Origin: Clostridiaceae bacterium
GTDB lineage: Bacteria > Bacillota > Clostridia > Oscillospirales > Acutalibacteraceae
Direction: 5' to 3'
DNA: 64,000 nucleotides
Assembly: GCA_016282855.1 (NCBI GenBank)
Contig: JAEELT010000106.1
Span: forward strand, 4,703-68,702
In this document: positions 9,166-18,400 of the stretch, piece after piece
Position numbering within the stretch: the stretch's first letter is position 1
Layout: every line of letters starts with the position of its first letter
The notes under the pieces: model-generated
Database searches by the model: none
What the model was told of the DNA's origin: nothing
The model's input: the letters and a program-made list of their open reading frames with translations, nothing else
Made by a program: the position numbers and the translations under genes

Positions 9166-12100
9166 ATGCTAATGTCAAATTTTAAGCGAATTCTCAGCGC
9201 TTTGATGGCAGTGCTTATGGTTCTGGGGATGTTCTCCTGTCTCTCCACCGTGTCCTTCGCGGGCTCAACCGAGGGCTATGAGCATCAGGGCAACAACTGG
9301 AATAAGAGATATGATACACTTCAAAGTCTCAATCCCGACGCATACACCAGCAACCAGAACAACCAGGTCCTGACTTATCAGCAGCTCCTTTCTCTGCACG
9401 GCAATGAATCTAAACCTTTCGTTTATCATGCTGTTCAGGTTTTTGAGCCGGCTAAGGAAGGCGAAACCCCCGCATTCACAACCAGAGGCATAGGCTGGGT
9501 TCCCACCGACCATAAGGTTCAGCCCGGCGAACAGCTTCTTGTCCGTATCTATGTTAAGTCCAACGCTTATGTAGCTAACATGGACTGCTGGACTTTCTTC
9601 TCCCGTAGCTTCTTTGACCTGGATCCCGGCGGAGCAGGCCATAAGTACACTGCGACCAAAGACTATTCACATGACCTCTATCCGAAAGACGGTCTTGATA
9701 ACGACGGCTTCCCCACCGCGAAGGCCGACATATTTAATCCCGCTACAGGCACGGGCTTTTTCAACCCCAACGGTATCCTTGTTGATACTCCTCTTCCCTC
9801 GGGCTCAAATTACACCCGTTCCTATACTCTGGGCCGCGCAGCCTCGATAAACGCTTCATTCAGAACAGCGAGCGTTCTTACCGCTCTCGGTCTTACCCAG
9901 GATATCACCTATGCTTGGGACGCAACCAGAATTCAGTTTGGTTATACTTACCCGACGGGAACTGATATCTCAGAGCAGGTTGCATATCAGTTTGACAGCG
10001 ACGAGCACATCGCTGAAGAGATAGTCAACGTAAAGACTAACTCCACCAAAAAAACAGTTAACGGCGTTGAAACATATGTTGACCTTGTTCCCACGGGAAC
10101 TGTTGGTTACATAGGTATGGATGAGAACTACGAGAAAGCGATTAAGACTAACGCCCAGCATTATCTTAGCGTTACAGCCGACGCCGACAGCTCAATTGCA
10201 AGCACGACCTATGCAGGTAATTCCTGTAACATCTACACCGCAGACGCAAACCACATCTTTACCATCGCATCTGATTCCTCTACTCCCAGCACCGGCAACT
10301 CCGTTAAGTTCTTTGACGGCACTACCGAGCTCACCAATCTTGAAATGACCGGCCAAACCGGCACTGTTGATATCTCCAATGTAAGCTATTCCAAGACCGG
10401 CCTTACCTTCGGCGGTTGGTCCGCAACACCGGGCGGCACCACTCCCGTTACCTCTGTTGACGCTTCCTCAGGCGATGTCAGCGTTTACGCTATTTGGAAC
10501 GCGGTAGCAACCTTCACCGCAGACGGCGCACCCTTTGACACTCAGACCGTAGCGGAAGGCGGCAACTTCACCGCTCCCAGTCCCGCTCCCTCAAAGCAGG
10601 GCTACTCCTTCCTTGGCTGGTACGACGCAGCGGACGCTAACGAGACTATCGTTACCTTCCCCGTAACAGCAAGCGCAAATAAAAACTATGTTGCAAAATT
10701 TGCACAGATTTATACCATCAGCTTCATAGACAGAGGTGACGTTGTAGGCACTCAGAGCGGAGTTGAAGGCACCGCAATCGAATTCCCGGCTGCGGCTTCG
10801 CTTGATCCCAACCCCGGCTACACGCTCACCGGCTGGACTCCTGCAGACACCACAATCAATGCGACCACATCCTCCTACACAGCAGTATGGTCCGCAGGCA
10901 CATATGCAGTCGTTTATGATTCCGACGGCGGCTCCGCAGTTGCTGACGGCGCATTCGAGTTCGGCGCAACAATCACCGCTCCCACCGCTCCCACCAAAGA
11001 CGGCTACAACTTCGCATCATGGGCATACTATGAGGATTCCTCTTATTCAGTTCCTTATGCAGGCACCACAATGCCCGCACAGACCCTGTATGCAAAAGCA
11101 AGCTGGACCGCAATCAACTACCCCGTACGCTTCACAATTAACGGCGTAGAAGATACCTCACTTGCAACAAGCGCAGATTTCGGCACCGCCATCACAATGC
11201 CCACCATTACCGAGGAAGACGGCTATCAGTACAGCAACTGGCTGCCCGAAGACGGTTATACGATGGACCAAGTAGGCGGCAAGACCTACAATATGACCAA
11301 GACTGCGAAGGCTTACACCGCAACCTTCGTAAGCCAGGGCGCTACTATCGATGTTCAGACCGTTGTTTACGGCAATCCCGTTTCCTTCCCGACCAACTAC
11401 ACCGTACCCGCAGGTATGAGATTCACCGGTTGGAACCGTGAGAACGCTGACGGCTCTTACACCTTCATCGCTTCCGGTTCATCCGATACAATGCCCGCAG
11501 CAAACACCACTTATACCACAGTATTCGAGGGTACTCCTCACACCCTTACAAAGATAATCAACGGCGTTACCACCACAGAGACCGTTAACTACGGCGCTGT
11601 GATTGACACCACTCTTCCCGCTGCTCCCGAAGGATACAGCTGGGGTGATTGGACCGGTATTCCCGCAGACGGCAAGATGCCCGACGCAGACCTTACCATC
11701 ACTGTTGATCCCGTGATTAACCAGTACACCATCACCATCTATGACGGTAACACCGATACTGTACTCGACACAATCACTCAGAATTACAACACCGCTGTTA
11801 CTGCTCCCGACTATCAGTCCAGGAAGGAAGGCTACAGCTTCACCGGCTGGCAGGAGACCTTCCCGACCACAATGCCCGCAGCGGACACCGCAATCCACGC
11901 ACTCTTCACCATAAATGACTATAAGATTAAGTTCATTTACGGCGACGGCGAGAATGACTTCATCGAGCAGAGCTTCACATACGGCACCGCTCCCACAGCG
12001 CCCGATGTAAGCACCATGAAGGAAGGCTACACCTTCGTTGAATGGCAGCCCGCTCTTCCGCCCATCATGCCCGCAAGCAACCTTCAGACCACGGCACAGT

Positions 12101-14871
12101 GGACCATTAACAGCTATAAGCTTAACTACATGGTACGCGATCTTGCTACAGGCTCATTTGTAAGATTTGTTCCTCAGGAAGAAGTTGAATACAATACCGC
12201 TCTCAGCATCATCGGCGTCAAGACTCAGAACGGCTGGACCTACTCAGCATGGTCAACCGATCCCGATACAGAGGCTGCTCCTCCCGCAAATATGCCTGCA
12301 GGCGACCTTACCCTCTACTCAACCGGTACAAAGAACGTTTATACCGATATATGGTATGACCTTGACGGTACAACTGTTGTTAAGACCGCTCAGGTTGAGT
12401 ATCAGGCAGATATCCCGCATCCCGAACTTCCCGCTCACGCAGGTTGTGACGATCCTTACTGGACTCCCAGAATGACAAAGCAGCCCGCAAACGACCAGGT
12501 ATTCAACTATGCATACCAGGCCGGTTCTGTAAACTACAGTGTCATCTACAGAGTGCAGCAGCTTGACGGTACATTCGTCAATGAAGATCCCATCACCATG
12601 AGCGCTAACATGAACACCACAGTTAACGCAACCACAACCATGAAGCAGAGACCCGGCTTCACCTGTGATGAAAATGCATCCACGCTCAGCCTTTTCATTG
12701 ACCGTGCAGGTCTTGAGATGGTCATAGTATTCAATCGTAACCAGTACACAATGACGGTTGTTGACGGCGCAGGCACCAACTCCACAACTTATTACTATGG
12801 CGCTGCAATCTCCGAGCCCGTTCCCACCGTACCCGCCGGCAAGACATTCAAGAGCTGGAAGTACGTAAAGAACACCAACAACTCAACACTCAACTGGGCA
12901 ACAGACATCAATGACGTGATGCCCAACTTCAACTTCACCGCAACCGCAACCTACAACGACAACACCTACACCCTTACACCTTACGTTGACTGGCTTGACG
13001 GCAACGGCTTCACCGCTCTTAACTCCGTACCCTACGGCTATGGCGACACTATCGCTGCAGTTGCAGATCAGAGCAAGACCGGCTACACATTCACCGGCTG
13101 GTGCACAGACGCCACTCTCGCAACTCCGTATGTATTCGGCTCGGCAATTGAAGATGATGTTGAGATTTACGCATCCTTCGTTATTAAGCAGAGCACCGTT
13201 ACCTTCGTAAACGGCATAACAAGCGAAACCATCGGCACTGCAACAGGCGATTACGGCACCGCCGTAACCTTCCCCGATGCGCCCACAGTTACCGGCTACA
13301 ACTTCCTCGCTTGGGATCAGGATCCCGCAAGCTTCACCTTCCCCGAGGCTGATGTAACTGTAACTGCCAACTACAGCAAGGGTTCATATGTTCTTACATA
13401 TGATGTTGACGGTCAGCTTATCACCAGAACATATCAGTATGGAGCTACCATCACTCCCATAGCCGATCCCACTAAGACCGGTTATGAATTCACCGGTTGG
13501 GACCCCGCTGTTCCGCAGACAATGCCCGGCGAGAATTATACTGTTACTGCTCAGTTCAGCGCAAAAGACTTTGAAGCTAAATTCATGGCAACCGACAAAG
13601 ACACAATTCCTTATGAGACCAAGTCAGTAACCTTCGGTCAGGATATTACCGCTCCCGAAACCGATCCTTACAGATCCGCTCAGTACACATTCAAGGGCTG
13701 GAAGCTTGCCGGCACATCCGATTCGGCACTTGTAACCTTCCCGTACCAGATGAACGCAGAAGGCATCACCTTCATAGGCGTTTGGGAGCAGGATACTTCC
13801 AACAAGGCGGTACAGAAAGTAACACGCGTTACCACACCGTACTATCAGCTCGGCGAAGCTAACTACAACGTTGAAATCAACGTTGAGGCATTCAAGCTTC
13901 ATGTAACCGACGGTACAACCACATGGACCTTCAGCAAGGCCACATTCCGTAACCACGGCGTAGGCAGCAGCGGCATCAACTCCATCACTCCCGACGGCAA
14001 AGGCGGCGAAATTTGGAACATCAGCCTTGCTCTTCCCGCAGGTGAGAATGCATATCAGGCATATATCACCAATATGGATTACATCACCGAGACTGCTGAG
14101 CAGTACTGTGATTTCAGCGTGGAATACAATGTAAGAGATGCCGCGACAATCGCCGATGAATGCGAATTCGATATCACAGGCTTCATGGCTAACAGCCAGA
14201 AGGTTGTTCGCGGCGATCAGGTAACATGGACTCTTACCACATCCGACAAGGTAACCTGGATTAAGTTCAACTACGGTTACACCTCAGCCAAGGACGGCGT
14301 AACCAAGAACTTCAATGTTCTCTACAAGAAGAACGCGACCCAGACCGACAGCTTCACCGTAGTTGACAGCGGTAACGGCAAACTTACATGGACAATCAAG
14401 AGCACTCTTACCTTCAGCACATCTGACGCAAGAGTTACTCAGGATTGGAAGCTTTACTACAAGACCGGCGCAACTTCGGATTACATCCCCGTAAACGAGG
14501 AGAACCCCGTACAGATAGTTGTCTGCCGTGACGAAAATGCAGCTGTTGACACCGCTGCCGGATACGATAAGTATTCAATCATCGAAGCTTCTTCGGCCGC
14601 ACAGTCTGTCAAGAAGGGCACAAGAAGCGAAGTAGTAATCCTCACAACTGATGACTGCGATAAGGTACGCATCACCATCAACGGCAAGAGCGCAACCTTC
14701 CAGGCAACAAGTGCCAACACTGTAGTTGAAACCGATGCTAATACCCACATCAAGACATGGACCATCAACTTCAAGTACTCACAGCCTGCAGGTACTTACA
14801 CTGTTGACTGTGCAGCCCGCGGTCCTGCCTGGGGCGATGCAGAGAGCTTCGACATAGTTATTACTGCTTAA
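9166..14871 (+). CDS. Giant secreted protein B: cohesin-like N-domain, many Listeria/Bacteroides (Flg_new/InlB B-type) repeats, three C-terminal Ig-like domains
   Basis: Signal peptide. Recurrent P-x-K-x-GY-x-F-x-GW...MPA...A-x-W/F repeats. KVQPGEQLLVRIYVKS...FFSRSFFD cohesin-like pattern. RBS AAGGAGG. Confidence 0.85.
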   Translation: MLMSNFKRILSALMAVLMVLGMFSCLSTVSFAGSTEGYEHQGNNWNKRYDTLQSLNPDAYTSNQNNQVLTYQQLLSLHGNESKPFVYHAVQVFEPAKEGETPAFTTRGIGWVPTDHKVQPGEQLLVRIYVKSNAYVANMDCWTFFSRSFFDLDPGGAGHKYTATKDYSHDLYPKDGLDNDGFPTAKADIFNPATGTGFFNPNGILVDTPLPSGSNYTRSYTLGRAASINASFRTASVLTALGLTQDITYAWDATRIQFGYTYPTGTDISEQVAYQFDSDEHIAEEIVNVKTNSTKKTVNGVETYVDLVPTGTVGYIGMDENYEKAIKTNAQHYLSVTADADSSIASTTYAGNSCNIYTADANHIFTIASDSSTPSTGNSVKFFDGTTELTNLEMTGQTGTVDISNVSYSKTGLTFGGWSATPGGTTPVTSVDASSGDVSVYAIWNAVATFTADGAPFDTQTVAEGGNFTAPSPAPSKQGYSFLGWYDAADANETIVTFPVTASANKNYVAKFAQIYTISFIDRGDVVGTQSGVEGTAIEFPAAASLDPNPGYTLTGWTPADTTINATTSSYTAVWSAGTYAVVYDSDGGSAVADGAFEFGATITAPTAPTKDGYNFASWAYYEDSSYSVPYAGTTMPAQTLYAKASWTAINYPVRFTINGVEDTSLATSADFGTAITMPTITEEDGYQYSNWLPEDGYTMDQVGGKTYNMTKTAKAYTATFVSQGATIDVQTVVYGNPVSFPTNYTVPAGMRFTGWNRENADGSYTFIASGSSDTMPAANTTYTTVFEGTPHTLTKIINGVTTTETVNYGAVIDTTLPAAPEGYSWGDWTGIPADGKMPDADLTITVDPVINQYTITIYDGNTDTVLDTITQNYNTAVTAPDYQSRKEGYSFTGWQETFPTTMPAADTAIHALFTINDYKIKFIYGDGENDFIEQSFTYGTAPTAPDVSTMKEGYTFVEWQPALPPIMPASNLQTTAQWTINSYKLNYMVRDLATGSFVRFVPQEEVEYNTALSIIGVKTQNGWTYSAWSTDPDTEAAPPANMPAGDLTLYSTGTKNVYTDIWYDLDGTTVVKTAQVEYQADIPHPELPAHAGCDDPYWTPRMTKQPANDQVFNYAYQAGSVNYSVIYRVQQLDGTFVNEDPITMSANMNTTVNATTTMKQRPGFTCDENASTLSLFIDRAGLEMVIVFNRNQYTMTVVDGAGTNSTTYYYGAAISEPVPTVPAGKTFKSWKYVKNTNNSTLNWATDINDVMPNFNFTATATYNDNTYTLTPYVDWLDGNGFTALNSVPYGYGDTIAAVADQSKTGYTFTGWCTDATLATPYVFGSAIEDDVEIYASFVIKQSTVTFVNGITSETIGTATGDYGTAVTFPDAPTVTGYNFLAWDQDPASFTFPEADVTVTANYSKGSYVLTYDVDGQLITRTYQYGATITPIADPTKTGYEFTGWDPAVPQTMPGENYTVTAQFSAKDFEAKFMATDKDTIPYETKSVTFGQDITAPETDPYRSAQYTFKGWKLAGTSDSALVTFPYQMNAEGITFIGVWEQDTSNKAVQKVTRVTTPYYQLGEANYNVEINVEAFKLHVTDGTTTWTFSKATFRNHGVGSSGINSITPDGKGGEIWNISLALPAGENAYQAYITNMDYITETAEQYCDFSVEYNVRDAATIADECEFDITGFMANSQKVVRGDQVTWTLTTSDKVTWIKFNYGYTSAKDGVTKNFNVLYKKNATQTDSFTVVDSGNGKLTWTIKSTLTFSTSDARVTQDWKLYYKTGATSDYIPVNEENPVQIVVCRDENAAVDTAAGYDKYSIIEASSAAQSVKKGTRSEVVILTTDDCDKVRITINGKSATFQATSANTVVETDANTHIKTWTINFKYSQPAGTYTVDCAARGPAWGDAESFDIVITA

Positions 14872-14906
14872 CTTCACGCTGACTAAAACAGCATAAAAAC
14901 TTAACC

Positions 14907-14936
14907 GGCGCCCCGCGGAGCAATCCGCGGGGCGCT
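14907..14936. terminator. Strong hairpin after gene B (terminator or 3' stabiliser)
   Basis: GCGCCCCGCGGA-GCAA-TCCGCGGGGCGC; only a weak U-tract. Confidence 0.6.
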
Positions 14937-15351
14937 GTGCGTTTGCCGGAGCGCCTGGGGGAAGCTGGCAACGCCGCATGCCCTGACCCGAGCAGGGGAG
15001 CGGAGCCTTGCCGCTGCATAAACCGTCGCCCGGAAGCGGCGATGAACCATCCGCAATCGGCACAGTACTAAGGCAATCCTCCCTTTGATGTACAAGCGCA
15101 CAAAAAACAGCGTGCCAAAACCCGTTTTGTGTGTATTTTGCAGAATTTTGCGCCGGCGGGTAAATAATCATTGAAAAAACACATATAATAATGTAATATA
15201 TAAAAGCACCGCAAAAGGTGCGTTTAATATGCCCGGCCGCGGGCGTTCAGACTGCTCCGATACTGTATTTTTAAATCCGCCTGTTATTTCAAACGGTAAC
15301 AGGCAGATTACATTTTGCTTACAAAAATGTAAAAAAAATATGAATAAAACC

Positions 15352-15380
15352 TTGACATATTGATTTTTCAATGCTAAAAT
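15352..15380 (+). promoter_or_regulatory. Sigma-A promoter (extended -10) of gene C
   Basis: TTGACA-17 nt-TAAAAT with TGn before the -10. Confidence 0.8.
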
Positions 15381-15493
15381 AAGGTGATTATAATTGGATA
15401 GTAGTCTGTACCCGTGTGGATAGCGGGTGCGGCGAATCCGAGAATGCTCACAAATTATTATGCAGATTTGCATCAATCAAAGGAGGAAACTGC

Positions 15494-18400
15494 ATGAAAA
15501 CATTAAAGGCTTTCGCAAAGAAACCCATAGCAATCGTTCTGGCTGTCCTTATGATAGTCGGAAGTGTTTCCGTTGTTGCTATGGCTGACCCCGATGTAAC
15601 AGGCAAACTTACTGTTTCCACATCGTTCAAGGGCTATAAACCCAATGAGGCAATGCCCACAATGCCTATGATGGCTTCGACCTTTAATCTTAATCCCGGC
15701 GCAAACCCCGGCGATTGGAAGGTCAAAGCCGGAGACATTGTTCAGGCTGAGATTCGCTTCACTTCAGACTTCCCCATTGGTGAATTTACTCTGTCATTTA
15801 TGTTTGATAACAGAGTTCTCGAAAACGCATGGGATACATACGGCGGTGTCGGCAACGCTAAGAGCATGATGAACCTTTCGCTTGTCAACAAAGCCGTAAT
15901 TGATGAAATACAAGACCTTGATGATTTAAGCGTTACCACCGATTCGCTGGTTACCGAAGGTTATATGACGGCTGAAGAAGCTGCAAATCTCGGCGGTATC
16001 TATGCTTTTGGCAGCTTTGGCGTTAACGTTACTAACCCCACCACCTATAGCGGCGACGCTAATTCCTGGGTATTCAGACATCAGCTCAAAGTAAAAGACG
16101 CGGACGCGCTTCGCAATTATCTTGCAAGCGGGTCAGGTGCGCTGACTTATGCTACGTTTGAACTTCTTCCGAATTCAACAAAGTCACACGAGCTTGATTC
16201 ATCCTTTAACGCTATTGCAACAGGTAACGTATCCAACTACAACCTCACCGGCGCACACTCATCGGATATGTATATCCTTAATATCAAAGGTGAGTCCGAG
16301 CATCTTGTTTTCGGCTCTGCAATTACCCTTGACGCTATAGACGGCATCGGTCAGTTCAATGAACTTACCGATCCTGAAGCTGTATGCACAGAGACACTGA
16401 GTGATATCAGCGGAGCACCGCTCGAAACAAGCATCGACAAGGGCACCGATTATGAGCCCAAATATGATGCTGCTGCAGTTGATTTCATAGGCTGGTCCAC
16501 CGAAAAGGCAACCGGCTCACAGACCGACGGTAACGGCAAGCCCGTTTTCGGCGGCGATTATACAAAGATGATTACCTCAACCGCAGACGGTTATGTTGAT
16601 TCTGACAATAACCCTGTTATCTTTGATGGTCAGACTCTCTACGCTGTTTACGGAGCTGCAAACACTAAATATAATGTTATTGTTTACACTCCCGATCTTG
16701 ATGCAAACAATAAGGATCTTGCAGACCCTGCAACTTATACAGCCTCAGCGCCCGTTGAAAAGAGCGGCTCTGTATCCGAAGCTGTAACAGAAGTTCCTTC
16801 GGATGTTACAATCCCTGACGGATACACTGTTGACAGAACTGAAACCATAGCGGAGCTTGCTCCTCTTAATGCAGGCGCCATACCCGATGCAAATACCTTT
16901 AAGATTTATCTTAAGAGAAACGCATACACCATCAAGTGGATGGTAGGCGATGTGGAAGTGCCTAACACTGCTAAGACTGTTCTTTACGGTGCGAATGCAG
17001 GCACTGCGAACTATGGCGATCCCGGCCTTGATGATGCAAATGCGGTTATTACAGCAGACAGTCCTAATTACGGTAAATATGTAACCGGTTGGTCTTCACA
17101 TGAAGTAACTTGTGCAGGAAATATTACCGTTCAGGCAACTCTTGCCGATATGCCCGTTAAAGTTACACTTCATGACACCGACGCAAACGGTGTTGCAGGT
17201 AAATTCCCCGGCGGCGCAACAGAGAGCGTAGCCGATAAGACTTACGGCCAGACGGTTGCCGAGAGTGACTTTGCAGCTCTTTCAGCCGATGAAGCAAATC
17301 ACTATCACTTCGTTGAAGGCGGCAAGTTTACATACACCGATAAGGACGGCAACACCCAGACTGTTGCAACTCTTAACGACCTTCCCGCACTCACAGCAGC
17401 TAACTACACACTCACACGCAACGGCAATGAATTCACGGCTGATGTATATCCCGTATTCGAGCTTGACAAGGGCGTAGCCACATTCTATGCCAACGGCGGT
17501 AAGTTTGCCGATGATAAGACTGAGATTACTGTTGACAAGAGCTATGGCGCGCAGATTCCCGAGTCCGACGCTCCCGCTGTTGCAGAGCCCAAGACCGAGA
17601 CCAACAGCTATGGTTCAACTGCAAATTATAAGTTAGCCGGTTGGGGTACAGCTACCGATTCAACCACTCCCGTTACCTTCCCGCAGACATACGAGAGTGA
17701 CGAGACAGCCAAGTTCTATGCAATCTGGGAGAAAGATTGGAAGACCATAACATTCGTTGATAAAGACGGCAATACCGTTTATGAAGTAATGAAGAACGGC
17801 GTTGATGCCGATCATCCCGCCGACATAACCGACGACAAGGAAGTTGCAACAACAAAGATTACCGCTCCCGAAGGCGCAACATGGGTTTGGGAAGATCCTA
17901 CAGATCCCATAGTTGATGATATCCAGATTGCCGGCCACTTCGAGTATCAGTTCAGAACCGTTTATACTCCTCCTGTAGGCGATTCACAGGTTCTTGCTGA
18001 CGAAGCATATAAAGAGGGCACTCCCATCACAGCGGAAGCAGATCCCTCGGCAGCCGACGAAACATTCAGCGGCTGGTATGACAACGCCGAGTGCACAGGA
18101 ACCGTATTCGCAGAGCCCGGCGCAAGCTTCAACATGCCCGCTGCTCCTCTTACCATCTACGGTAAGGCAGTAAAGAACGAGCATAAAGTGACCTACAAGG
18201 TTGACGGCGCAGAGATTGAAGCTCCCAAGACCTACACGGTCGGCGATACAGTTGACGCTCTCAAGGATAAGGCTGCCTACCAGAAGGAAGGCAACACCAT
18301 CAGCGACTGGAAAGTTACCAATGCCGATACCGGCGTTGAGGTAGCGTTCCCGACTGCAATGCCCAACTATGATATCCTTGTTGAAGCAACCAACACACCC

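Noticed and set aside
15203-15245. GCACC-GCAAA-AGGTGC hairpin as a c-di-GMP riboswitch
   Set aside because: It lacks the GEMM P1/P2 arrangement and tetraloop receptor; it is only a short hairpin.
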